Source of the DNA: an uncultured Flavobacteriales bacterium
GTDB taxonomy: Bacteria > Bacteroidota > Bacteroidia > Flavobacteriales_E > Vicingaceae
Assembly: GCA_905479325.1 (NCBI GenBank)
Contig: CAJQLW010000010.1
Location: 1,333-65,332, forward strand
Direction of reading: 5' to 3'
DNA: 64,000 nucleotides
The notes beneath the pieces are model-generated. The model was not told the DNA's origin, ran no database searches, and saw only the letters and a list, made by a program, of their open reading frames with translations. Positions 46,008 to 55,278 of this stretch are shown here, one piece after another. Both the position numbers and the translations under genes were made by a program. How positions within the stretch are numbered: position 1 is the first letter of the stretch; each line of letters begins with the position of its first letter.

Positions 46008-48416
46008 CTACCTTCCGAAAGACGAATCCGTCACTTGAATTAAATAACTTATAGAATCAACTATGGTTGGTCCGTCTGAAAGATAAATCGATTCTCCAGC
46101 AGCAGATAATTTAAATTCAGCATGAAATCCAACAGATCCAATGACTTGAGCACTATCATTATCGGCCCAAACAATTATAAAGCTATCGGGCATTAACATC
46201 GTTCCGCTAGGGAATTTAAATAAATCTAAATCAGTAATATCATCAGAAAGTGAGAACGTACTTAAATCAACCGTCTGGCTTCCTTTGTTGTACAACTCAA
46301 TCCAATCGTCAAAGTCTCCATATGAATCTGCTACGGTAGCGGTATTAGAAGCTAAAAACTCATTAATGACTATATCATAATTAGCAGAGTCAGCTATGGC
46401 ATTTTGGGCTCCAAATGTTGGCGATAATAATTGGAAGTTGCCAGTTCCGTTTGCAAAACGTCCATAAGAAACGTCGCTTACTTGCGCGCCAAATGTAACT
46501 GAGTCAATTATGCTCATTGTAGCATCACTTAAGATTAAAGTTTCTCCCGAAGAAGAGATTTTGAAACCAGCATGAAATCCTGCTTGCGTCAAATCATTGT
46601 CAGCCCAAACAGTAACGTAACCGTTAGGTTGAATGGTGGTTCCTGTAGGAAAGGAAAATTGGTCTAAATCTTTAATGTCATCAGACAATTTGTAACCTGA
46701 TATATCTATTACTTGATTACCGTTATTGTACAATTCAATCCAATCATCATACTCTGCATCTTGATCTGCATTAATGGTTGAATTTGATGCTAAAAATTCA
46801 TTAATCACCAAATCTCCCGGTGCAGCTTTAGCAGCATTTAATGAGTAGAAAACATGTTCTGCGTTCGTGGGAGAAAACTTACCAATGGTATTGTTTTCAG
46901 CATAAATGTAGTATTCTAGTTCTGCGCTAGACATCTTAACGTTAGCACCGTAAATACCATCATTGGCGGCTCCGTCACCATGTAAACCGTCATCTAACAT
47001 GGTAGCTTTCTCAAACACCGCATTGTCTAGTGTTCTGTATCTCAACAAAACACTGATTTCATTTGCAATTGCAGCTGTTATGAAAACCGAATCGTTCACC
47101 ATTGGCGCAGTATCTGAAACAGCAATCATTGAAATTGAAGGTTCAGTTGCACTAAAGTCACTTAAGCCCATCAAATAGGAATACCTACCATTCATTAAAC
47201 TGGTAATTCCCGGTGTTGTAGAACCTGGTCTAGGTGGGCCACCTCCACCAGTGCTGATATCAGAAGTTAAATTGGACGTAAAGTTAGCATACGTATAAAA
47301 CTTGTTTTGGTCAGCTTGAACTGATGAGTTAATGGTTGACTGCAACGCCAGTCCTTGAGTATAATAAGATCCGTTGTTCGTAAAGTTATCTTGCAACATG
47401 GTTTTAACATGAGCCAAATACATCTTTTTATATGTCGGTACGTTCAACAGTTTGCTGATTAACGGGTAGTTTGAACTAGTAGAGTTTAACAAATGGCTCA
47501 TCTGTTGTTTAGCCGTTGTGCTGTTTAATGTTCCTGTTCCTGTCATAGAAAACACCCCAAAAGACTCATTTAAATCCCAAACAATTGGAATAAATCGGCC
47601 GTTATCATCTCGGTATAAATAATAGTTCTGAGCGAATCCGCCACTATAGCTATCTAAATTAACTAACACATTATTAAACGCTAACATCCACAACGCTCTA
47701 TCAACATCTAAAATATCTTCAATTGCTGATGTGTGGTTTGAGAGCGTATCACAAAGGTGAATTAATTCGTTCCAACCGTAATCTGATTTTATCTCATATT
47801 TTGCATAATAGAGGTTACTATCAGTACCTAAATAAACTAGGTTAGGATAATCAGAACTTCCTGGTCCTGCTCCTGCTGGCGGATTACATTTTACAAAGGT
47901 GTTCTTCTTCGATCCAAAGCGATCATCTACGAACGTTTTGGTAATTGCTTCTGAATTGCTATACAATCCAATCAAATTGCCATTTACAGAAACATTAGCG
48001 TAATTAGAAAGAGGCGCATCCATGTAGTTTCTTAACACTTTGTAGGAAAGCACTTCCCGAACGAAAGAAGGGTCGTTATAAACGTTACTCAATTTAATGT
48101 CTTTGTAACCTTGATAATCCTGATCCTTATAGGTATCTAGTTCTATGTGAAATGGGTTTTTCGTTCGGTTTGAACTATACGTACTGTTCCCTTTGTATTT
48201 TACACCAACACTATCGTATGAAATACCGTTAATTGTAACGTTCTGAGCCATAATGTAACCATCTGCCCCTGCTTTTTCAGCGTCTAAAAGTGCATCCCAG
48301 TTACTTTGGGCGAAGGTGATGGAAATGGTTTGAACCATGCCTTCATCGTATAAGGATTGGGCGAAAAGCTGCGATGCCATGACAAACAGCGCAAGCAGTA
48401 ATGAATTTTTTCTCAT
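46008..48416 (-). CDS. CotH-family protein with two lamin-tail (LTD) domains, ended by a premature in-frame TAG
   Basis: Signal peptide. CotH N-terminal pattern (…GVKYKGNSTY…FHIELD…KLSN). Two LTD repeats (INEFLASN…DDWIELYN…). The second LTD is cut at …SSFGR*. Confidence 0.75.
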   Translation of the reverse strand: MRKNSLLLALFVMASQLFAQSLYDEGMVQTISITFAQSNWDALLDAEKAGADGYIMAQNVTINGISYDSVGVKYKGNSTYSSNRTKNPFHIELDTYKDQDYQGYKDIKLSNVYNDPSFVREVLSYKVLRNYMDAPLSNYANVSVNGNLIGLYSNSEAITKTFVDDRFGSKKNTFVKCNPPAGAGPGSSDYPNLVYLGTDSNLYYAKYEIKSDYGWNELIHLCDTLSNHTSAIEDILDVDRALWMLAFNNVLVNLDSYSGGFAQNYYLYRDDNGRFIPIVWDLNESFGVFSMTGTGTLNSTTAKQQMSHLLNSTSSNYPLISKLLNVPTYKKMYLAHVKTMLQDNFTNNGSYYTQGLALQSTINSSVQADQNKFYTYANFTSNLTSDISTGGGGPPRPGSTTPGITSLMNGRYSYLMGLSDFSATEPSISMIAVSDTAPMVNDSVFITAAIANEISVLLRYRTLDNAVFEKATMLDDGLHGDGAANDGIYGANVKMSSAELEYYIYAENNTIGKFSPTNAEHVFYSLNAAKAAPGDLVINEFLASNSTINADQDAEYDDWIELYNNGNQVIDISGYKLSDDIKDLDQFSFPTGTTIQPNGYVTVWADNDLTQAGFHAGFKISSSGETLILSDATMSIIDSVTFGAQVSDVSYGRFANGTGNFQLLSPTFGAQNAIADSANYDIVINEFLASNTATVADSYGDFDDWIELYNKGSQTVDLSTFSLSDDITDLDLFKFPSGTMLMPDSFIIVWADNDSAQVIGSVGFHAEFKLSAAGESIYLSDGPTIVDSISYLIQVTDSSFGR

Positions 48417-48512
48417 TGATTTGTTTTTGGAATATGCCTTTTTGACGAATATAAATACCCTTTCCCTCGAAAATATTAAGAAAATGTAAAGAAATAGTAA
48501 ACTAAGAGATAA

Positions 48513-50147
48513 CTACTTTAAATCCAATTCTTTTAAATTCTCAATCCGATTGCGTTCCAAGAAAGCATCAATGGTTTCAAAATGCTCGATAACTCGTTTA
48601 TCTTTGAATTCAAATACTTTTTCTGACAAACCGCCTAAGAAATCTCTATCGTGAGAAACGAGAATTAACGTACCATCGTAATTCTTCAATGCTTCTTTCA
48701 ACACATCTTTCGACTTTAAGTCCAGGTGATTGGTTGGCTCATCTAGAATGAGCAGGTTTACTGGTTCTAGCAAAAGTTTCACCATGGCCAATCGCGTTTT
48801 CTCTCCACCTGAAAGCACACTTACCTTTTTATCAATATCATCACCTTTAAACATAAAGCCACCCAAAATATTCTTAATCTGGGTTCGCACCTCGCCTACT
48901 GCAACTTCATCAATGGTTTGAAAAATAGTTAAGCTATCATCTAGTAAAGAGGCTTGGTTTTGGGCAAAGTAACCCACCTTTACATTGTGACCTAATTCAC
49001 AATTGCCTTCCACCTCAATTTGATTTAAAATGGCTTTGATCATGGTCGATTTACCTTCCCCGTTTCGGCCCACAAATGTTACCTTCTCGCCCCTTGAAAT
49101 AGAGAAACTTGCATCCTTGAACACTTCCAAATCTCCATAACTTTTTGATACTTCTTTTACGGTTACAGGATAGTCGCCAGAACGTGGGGATGGAGGAAAG
49201 CGCAGGCGCAAGGCAGAAGTGTCGACTTCATCAATTTCTATGATTTCTAACTTTTCTAACATTCGCTCGCGCGAGTTTACTTGATTGGTTTTAGAATAGG
49301 TTCCTTTAAATCGTTCTATGAATGCCATGTTATCGGCAATCAATTTTTGCTGTTCAGTATGCGCTTTTAATTGGTGTTGTCTTCGCTCTTCTCTCAATTG
49401 AAGGTAATGGCTGTAGTTTGCTTTATAGTCATAAATACGGCCCATAGTTACTTCAATGGTTCTTGTAGTAATATTGTCAATAAATGCTCTATCGTGAGAA
49501 ATCACTACAACTGCTTTAGCTTTGTGAATGAGAAATTGCTCCAACCAAATAACCGACTCAATATCAATATGGTTTGTTGGCTCATCTAGCAAAATTAAAT
49601 CCGGTTTTTGAAGTAAAATCTTAGCCAATTCAATTCGCATACGCCAGCCACCGCTAAACTCTGAGGTTTGTCGCGTAAAGTCTTCCCGCTTAAAGCCAAG
49701 CCCTTTTAGCGCCATTTCTACTTCAGCATCGTAGTTGATTTCTTCTATGGAGTAGAATTTTTCGCCCAATTCACTTACCCGCTCAATCAGTTTCATGTAG
49801 GCCTCCGATTCATAATCAGCCCTGGTTTCCAACTGTTTGTTAATCGAATCCATTTCTTCTTTCATGGCAAATATTTGCTTGAAAGCTTTCGAAGTTTCTT
49901 CAAACACCGTGCAATCGTCTTCAGTTAGCAGGTGCTGTGGTAAATATGCTATAACGTAGTCCTTTGGAAAGTTAACTTTACCTTTAGTTGGTTTTTGTTC
50001 GCCTGCTATAATCTTCATCATAGTGCTTTTACCAGCACCATTTTTTCCCATTAAAGCAATCTTATCGTTTTCATTTACAACAAATGAAACATTCTCGAAC
50101 AAAGTTTGGCCGCTAAACTCTACTGCTAAGCCGTCTATTGAAATCAT
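48513..50147 (-). CDS. ABC-F family ATPase (translation-factor-type, no TM domains)
   Basis: Two ABC cassettes (GKNGAGKST / GRNGEGKST, LSGG signatures, LLLDEPTNH Walker B) joined by a charged linker. Confidence 0.9.
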   Translation of the reverse strand: MISIDGLAVEFSGQTLFENVSFVVNENDKIALMGKNGAGKSTMMKIIAGEQKPTKGKVNFPKDYVIAYLPQHLLTEDDCTVFEETSKAFKQIFAMKEEMDSINKQLETRADYESEAYMKLIERVSELGEKFYSIEEINYDAEVEMALKGLGFKREDFTRQTSEFSGGWRMRIELAKILLQKPDLILLDEPTNHIDIESVIWLEQFLIHKAKAVVVISHDRAFIDNITTRTIEVTMGRIYDYKANYSHYLQLREERRQHQLKAHTEQQKLIADNMAFIERFKGTYSKTNQVNSRERMLEKLEIIEIDEVDTSALRLRFPPSPRSGDYPVTVKEVSKSYGDLEVFKDASFSISRGEKVTFVGRNGEGKSTMIKAILNQIEVEGNCELGHNVKVGYFAQNQASLLDDSLTIFQTIDEVAVGEVRTQIKNILGGFMFKGDDIDKKVSVLSGGEKTRLAMVKLLLEPVNLLILDEPTNHLDLKSKDVLKEALKNYDGTLILVSHDRDFLGGLSEKVFEFKDKRVIEHFETIDAFLERNRIENLKELDLK

Positions 50148-50290
50148 ATTCTAGCAATTTATAGCGGCGAAATTATTGAATTATACAACAGCTAACGAAA
50201 ATAGCCGGCCGATAATAATCAGCCAGCTAATTTCACATCAATCAACTAAATGGTAAAGGATTTTTTGAACCCTTGGTTTGAGAATAGTTG

Positions 50291-50686
50291 TTAAAACTTG
50301 GTGTACCGTTTGCCATCTCGAAACCGTACAACACTCGCCACTTCACCTTTCTCGTCGTACCAAACTAAACTACCGTCTATTTTACCCTCATTCCGGTTTC
50401 CAATCAAACGTTCTTGTCCATTTTCAAAAAAATACTTTTGCTCACCTATTCTTTTACCTTGAGCATCAAAGAAAAATTCTTGGGCTAGCGTACCATTTTC
50501 ATGGTAACGTTTAAAAAGGCCCACGTTTTTTCCATTTTGCCAATACGCATCTTCTAAAACAATTCCTTGATCATTGTAAATTTTATAATGCAATAGGTTT
50601 CCGCTGATGGTATCAATTTGAATGTTGGTTGAAAAAGCATTGTATGCGAAAAATGTCAATAACAAACTAATTACTAAATGTTTCAT
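50291..50686 (-). CDS. Secreted MORN-variant repeat protein (YwqK-like)
   Basis: Signal peptide and repeated G..G....Y..NG motifs. Confidence 0.6.
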   Translation of the reverse strand: MKHLVISLLLTFFAYNAFSTNIQIDTISGNLLHYKIYNDQGIVLEDAYWQNGKNVGLFKRYHENGTLAQEFFFDAQGKRIGEQKYFFENGQERLIGNRNEGKIDGSLVWYDEKGEVASVVRFRDGKRYTKF

Positions 50687-50847
50687 TTTCTAAAAGGTTT
50701 AAATTCGACACAAAAGTCTCGAGAACCTTTTTGATAGCAGATGACTTTTAGGAGTTTGGCAGAAATCCTTCGGAGAATGGTTTCTATTGTTCTTTAAAAG
50801 GCATTTTTGGCAGTATACCGGACTTAATCCGCACCGTGTGACAAAAA

Positions 50848-51558
50848 CTAAAGCAAATTAATGCTTTCCAGCAGGAGTTTCTTATGCGCTCTGCTTACCG
50901 GAATAACTTTATTTTGAATCATCACATGAGTATCTTCAATGCTGTCAATTTTACTCAAGTTGATGATAAAAGAGCGGTGAACCTTGAGAAATCCCTTGCC
51001 TTTTAATTTATCGTCCATGTTTGATAGTGTGGAATGAACAATGTGTTTCGAATGATTCGTGCTTCGTACAATCAAGTAATCATTGAGTGTTTCGATGAAT
51101 AAAATTTCGTCATGTTTTATTTTTACAAGTTTGCCTTCGGAGCGTATGAACAGTTCATTTTCTAACTCTCGCTTGCGAGGTTGCTGTTTACTTTTTTCTT
51201 TTGCTTTGTTAATCGCCTTAATTAAACGTGGTAAAGCAATTGGTTTTGCTAAGTAATCGGTAACGTCATATTCAAAGGCTTCTAGAGCCTGCTCCGTACG
51301 GCTTGTGGTAAATATTATTTGAGGAAGATTTTTGACCGTTTGGATGAACTCTAAGCCGGTTAAGTCGGGCATTTCAATGTCTAAAAACAATAGATCTACA
51401 TCTTGTTTTTCCAATTCAGCTAGCGCTTGAATGCCGCTTTCACAAACCGCAACAATTTCAACACCTTCTATTTTAGCGCAAAAGTGCTGCAAAATTTCTC
51501 TCGACATTTCATCATCATCAACAATTATGCACCTCATTCTCTCTTTTTTTAGATTCAC
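50848..51558 (-). CDS. LytR/AlgR-family response regulator (REC + LytTR)
   Basis: REC (DDDE…, DIEMPDLTG) and a C-terminal LytTR domain (…FLKVHRSFIINLSKI…). No adjacent kinase. Confidence 0.9.
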   Translation of the reverse strand: MNLKKERMRCIIVDDDEMSREILQHFCAKIEGVEIVAVCESGIQALAELEKQDVDLLFLDIEMPDLTGLEFIQTVKNLPQIIFTTSRTEQALEAFEYDVTDYLAKPIALPRLIKAINKAKEKSKQQPRKRELENELFIRSEGKLVKIKHDEILFIETLNDYLIVRSTNHSKHIVHSTLSNMDDKLKGKGFLKVHRSFIINLSKIDSIEDTHVMIQNKVIPVSRAHKKLLLESINLL

Positions 51559-51711
51559 TGAACACTCAACAACGCCGTAGCAACTTACATTATCTAAATT
51601 ACAAAAGCTTGTATTTGGACTTTTTTAGATACCTGCGTTTACGAAACTTGAGTAACCATTGTTACAATTCAGATTAAAATACCGCCGTAATATTGTAAAA
51701 AAATAGAAACT

Positions 51712-52014
51712 ATGGGATTTTTTCAAAGCATAAAAGAACAACTTTTTGGTGTACCAACTGATTACAAAGCTCTAATTAAAGCCGGAGCTGTGGTAGTAGA
51801 TGTTCGCTCACCGCAAGAGTTTCAATCGGGTCATGCAAAAGGAAGCAAAAACATTCCTTTGCAGAACATAGAAGCAAAAGCCAAACAATTTAAAGGCAAA
51901 GAAGTAATTCTTGTGTGTAAATCGGGCATGAGAGCCTCTCAAGCAAAATCAATTTTAACAAGAAACGGTGTAACGTGTCACAATGCAGGAGCGTGGCAGA
52001 GTGTCAAAAGCTAA
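51712..52014 (+). CDS. Single-domain rhodanese-like sulfurtransferase
   Basis: 100 aa with the active-site loop CKSGMRAS. Confidence 0.85.
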   Translation: MGFFQSIKEQLFGVPTDYKALIKAGAVVVDVRSPQEFQSGHAKGSKNIPLQNIEAKAKQFKGKEVILVCKSGMRASQAKSILTRNGVTCHNAGAWQSVKS

Positions 52015-52176
52015 AAGCCTATAGTCTAAAGCTAATAATAAAAGTGAACTTTTAAAGCTTATAGCTCAATTTATACGAATAAGCATAAATTGGGTTGGGT
52101 TTAGTTTGTATATAGGTCAATCCATCAGATTATCAACTAAAAATACTTCCCAAAGCTCTGAGCTCGCTACGTTAAG

Positions 52177-52249
52177 CCTTCAGCTTTGTGCTTTTTGCTT
52201 TCAGCTTTGTGCTTTTTGCCTTCAGCTTTTAGCTTTTAGCTTTGTGCTC
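52177..52249. repeat. Tandem repeat: two 21-nt units plus a degenerate third
   Basis: ccttcagctttgtgctttttg / ctttcagctttgtgctttttg / ccttcagcttttagcttttagctttgtgctc. The repeat abuts the stop codon of the DUF2130 gene. Confidence 0.85.
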
Positions 52250-53543
52250 ATTCTCCTGGTAACTCCAATGCTTTCACGGCTTGAATGGCATTGCCCGCAA
52301 TTCCCTTAATGGATGCGTGCATTTCAATGGTGTTCAGCGTGACTTTATCAATCTGCTTTTCACGTTGCTTCCAAATGCGTTGAAAGGATCGTTTCTCGGT
52401 TTCTAAATCGGTTTTCATCTGTGTAAACCCTTCAACTATTGCTTCAATTTGCATTCGGAACGTATTGCTAGTCAAAAAGTCATACAACATATGCATTTTA
52501 TCTCCTTTGTTTTCTTGTGAACTTATGGCGCTGTTCAGTTGAATAATCGACTGTCGCAAAACTGCACACATGCCTTTAAATTCATCGTAATTACAAATCC
52601 ATATTCCGTCTTTTAAGCCCATACGATCCATGTCGGAAGGCATCACCTCAGTAACCAATACTCCAATATTTGCGCCTTTCGCTCTGATGTCTGCTTTAAA
52701 TTTTTCTATCCATGTTGGCTGAAAATCCTTTGTTCGCTTGCTTTCATAATAAATTGAACCGCAGTTTTGAGCCATTCTAGTATTTACAATTTGAATGCAA
52801 TCTCCACCGCGTGCTCCTTTTTTAATCTCCTCAATACTGTCTAACGGAAACTGAGCTGCCAACCATTCTTCAATGGCGAGCTCTTGCACCTCTCCTTGCA
52901 ATTGCATCGAGCCCTGCTCCTGCTTTCGCTTCATTTCCTCCGTTAGTTTTTTCTGATCTTCTAACTGTTTTTGCATTTCTTTGAAACGCAATTCATTTCG
53001 CTCTTCTTCTGCCTTTCGAATCTTATCTCGCTCAGCCAATAAGGTTTCAGTTAATCGCTTTTGAGCCTGAGCTTCAGCCGCTTCCTTTAATTCACCCTTT
53101 TCACGCTTCAGCTTTTCAATCTCCGCCTTCGAACGATTCAGTTCTTTCACTTGTTCGCTCTTTTCATTTAACTCTTGTGTTAATGCTTTGAGTTGTTCAG
53201 AATTCTCTTCAGTTATTTTTGCCTTAACTTGAAGTTCAATTCGTTGCCGTTCTTCTTTAACTTGCTTTTCTAAACGTTCTTGAAAAATTCGATTTTCCTG
53301 CTTTTTCTTCTCTTCAAAGTTTGTTTTCTCCTTGGCTAAAAGTTCTGCTTGCTCTTCTTGCGACTTTTGAATTTGCTGTAAACGAGCTTCGTTTTCTTTT
53401 TTCTCCTTTGCTAATTGCTCTTGGTATTTTTTTTTGATTTCATCTTCCAACTGATGGGCTAAGATGTCTTGAACGTCGATGGAAGTTCCGCAATTTGGGC
53501 ACGAGATTTTAGTGTCTTGTTTCATGAATGAAAGGCGTTTCAA
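52248..53543 (-). CDS. DUF2130-like protein: zinc ribbon + long coiled coil + PD-(D/E)xK-like C-terminal domain
   Basis: CPNCG near the N-terminus. About 200 aa of E/K/Q heptad-like sequence. The C-terminus has GGD…YYESKRTK, resembling a D…ExK nuclease motif. Confidence 0.6.
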   Translation of the reverse strand: MKRLSFMKQDTKISCPNCGTSIDVQDILAHQLEDEIKKKYQEQLAKEKKENEARLQQIQKSQEEQAELLAKEKTNFEEKKKQENRIFQERLEKQVKEERQRIELQVKAKITEENSEQLKALTQELNEKSEQVKELNRSKAEIEKLKREKGELKEAAEAQAQKRLTETLLAERDKIRKAEEERNELRFKEMQKQLEDQKKLTEEMKRKQEQGSMQLQGEVQELAIEEWLAAQFPLDSIEEIKKGARGGDCIQIVNTRMAQNCGSIYYESKRTKDFQPTWIEKFKADIRAKGANIGVLVTEVMPSDMDRMGLKDGIWICNYDEFKGMCAVLRQSIIQLNSAISSQENKGDKMHMLYDFLTSNTFRMQIEAIVEGFTQMKTDLETEKRSFQRIWKQREKQIDKVTLNTIEMHASIKGIAGNAIQAVKALELPGE

Positions 53544-53619
53544 TAATTAAATAAAGGACTTGAAAATTACAGAAGAATTCTTGCTCGAAAAGGAGAAAAC
53601 AACAATTTCTAATCGGCCT

Positions 53620-54003
53620 TTACGAATTCACAACCCATTCGCCTACTCCGCGACCAAACCCTATGTTTTTGAAAATCGATTCAGAAATTAACTTACCGAA
53701 TAATTGATTCTCATTGCTGTAAAAGTTAATGGTGAAACAAACTGCCGAACTGTTGTATCTAAAATAATTACACTCTTCAAACAACCGCTTATAGTTGGGC
53801 GATAAAATTTGCCCAAAACACTTTGTATCCAATAGACTTAAACCTTCGCTATTTACAATCTTAAAGGTAGCTTCTCCGCTTTCTAAATAAATCTCTCCCA
53901 TAGAACAAAATGCCAAGCGCATTTCTTCTGCATCTGAATGATCAGCTGATGTGCATCTCGATTGATTCTTTGCATTTGAATTTTTTCGTTGTATGAGCTT
54001 CAT
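53620..54003 (-). CDS. Hypothetical protein (127 aa; may start at the internal Met, MRLAFCS…)
   Basis: An ORF only; no motif. Copy B of the conserved element lies about 55 nt upstream. Confidence 0.35.
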   Translation of the reverse strand: MKLIQRKNSNAKNQSRCTSADHSDAEEMRLAFCSMGEIYLESGEATFKIVNSEGLSLLDTKCFGQILSPNYKRLFEECNYFRYNSSAVCFTINFYSNENQLFGKLISESIFKNIGFGRGVGEWVVNS

Positions 54004-54055
54004 TGCCTGAGTTTCTTCTTTGAATCGAAGTCTAAAGGTACCTGCGCTTTTTTAC

Positions 54056-54102
54056 AAAAAAAACGAGTAAAACTACCTGTTTTTTGGTCATTTTTTCAGC
54101 AA
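54056..54102 (-). repeat. Copy B of the ~48-nt conserved intergenic element
   Basis: Its reverse complement, ttgctgaaaaaatgaccaaaaaacaggtagttttactcgtttttttt, aligns with 13874..13921. Confidence 0.8.
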
Positions 54103-54391
54103 GTTACATGGCCTAAGCAGTTACAATAAAACACAAGTATTTTATATTCATATTATTATGTATTTACTTTGTAAAAAGTAGGTTTTGCCATTTTTAAAGT
54201 CATTATTGGGTATGCCTTGGCCATTTCAAATCTTTTTCATCAATCATAAATTGCATTTCCTACAACAGGTTGCAAGGGTCACTCGCTCAAAAAACTGATC
54301 GTTTTTTTGTGAATATCTCCTTGATAACGTTGATTTAAATTTATTTTAAATGAATATCCGTATATTTACCTTGGGTTAAAAATGTAATTAT

Positions 54392-54745
54392 ATGTCGCTA
54401 ATTAGTTTTATTTCAGAGTTTCCCGACGAACAGAGCTGTAAGAATAAGTTTAAAGAATATAGAAATCAGGCAGGAGTTGTCTGTGCGAAATGTAACGGAA
54501 CTCAACATTACTGGAAATCGGATAAAGAACAGTACGAATGTAAAAAATGTAAAACTAGAACAACTTTAAAAAGTGGAACTGTCTTACATAAATCTAAGCT
54601 TCCTTATCGCTATTAGTTTATAACCATGCACTTACTACCTTACACTAAAAAGAGCTTCTCTGCAAAAGAAATACAACGTCAATTAGGTCACAAACGTTAT
54701 GCTCCTATTTGGCATATGGTTCATAAACTCCGTAACGGTTGCTTT
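54392..54745 (+). mobile_element. IS1595-family transposase remnant: N-terminal zinc-ribbon/HTH part only, with an in-frame TAG
   Basis: FPDEQSCKNKFKEYRNQAGVVCAKCNG..HYW…YECKKCK.RTTLKSGTVLHKSKLPYRY*FITMHLL…SAKEIQRQLGHKRYAPIWHMVHKLR. The TAG at 54614..54616 sits where the family has Trp. The DDE domain is absent. Confidence 0.75.
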
Positions 54746-55135
54746 TAAGCGAACACCGGGCTCATCCGAGAGGGATAGTAATTCCAAGGGAAATCCTTTT
54801 GCACTCCAATCTTCGATTAAAAAGGAATGGCGCTTTACAATGTGTTTGTTGGTTGCGCCTGCTGCTGCAAGCCCACTTAAATCACCTTTTAAATCCATTA
54901 AAACAACCGGAATACCTTTGGCTGAAAATTGCTCTGCCAACACCTGTAAACTCACTGTTTTTCCTGTTCCCGTTGCACCGGCAATTAAACCGTGTCGGTT
55001 CAAGGTTTTCAACGGTATTCTAACTTCTGCATGGTGTTGCGCTTCGCCGTTTAGCATTCCCGCGCCAAGGGTAATGTAATCACCTTCAAACTCATGATAG
55101 GCTGCCGCAATTTCTGATACAAACTTCTCTTGCAT
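54683..55135 (-). pseudogene. HerA-like ATPase (DUF853/YjgR family), N-terminal ~137 codons only
   Basis: NRHGLIAGATGTGKTVSLQVLAEQFSAKGIPVVLMDLKGDLSGLAAAG matches the YjgR N-terminus. Family-like sequence stops at …ATVTEF (about 54725). The remaining codons are antisense to the IS remnant. Confidence 0.8.
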
Positions 55136-55278
55136 TCTACTTTCCTTTTATTAACGAATGATAACCTAAAAAAGCATCAGTCTTTCAACCAATGCTCTTG
55201 CTAAATTATTGCTTCTAGTTCAATAATTCCTGTTCGTATACGAACTAATTTTATAACCTCTTTTGATTACCCGCTATT

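Noticed and set aside
52106-52309. 67-aa ORF covering the 21-nt tandem repeat; also considered as a possible CRISPR array
   Set aside because: The peptide is just the translated repeat (LQLCAFC x3). The repeat units are directly adjacent with no spacers, there are only about 3 units, and no cas genes are present. So it is neither a gene nor a CRISPR array.
54699-55079. Plus-strand ORFs 54699..55079 and 54739..55023
   Set aside because: They are antisense to the DUF853 P-loop ATPase fragment, whose Walker A region is unmistakable on the minus strand.
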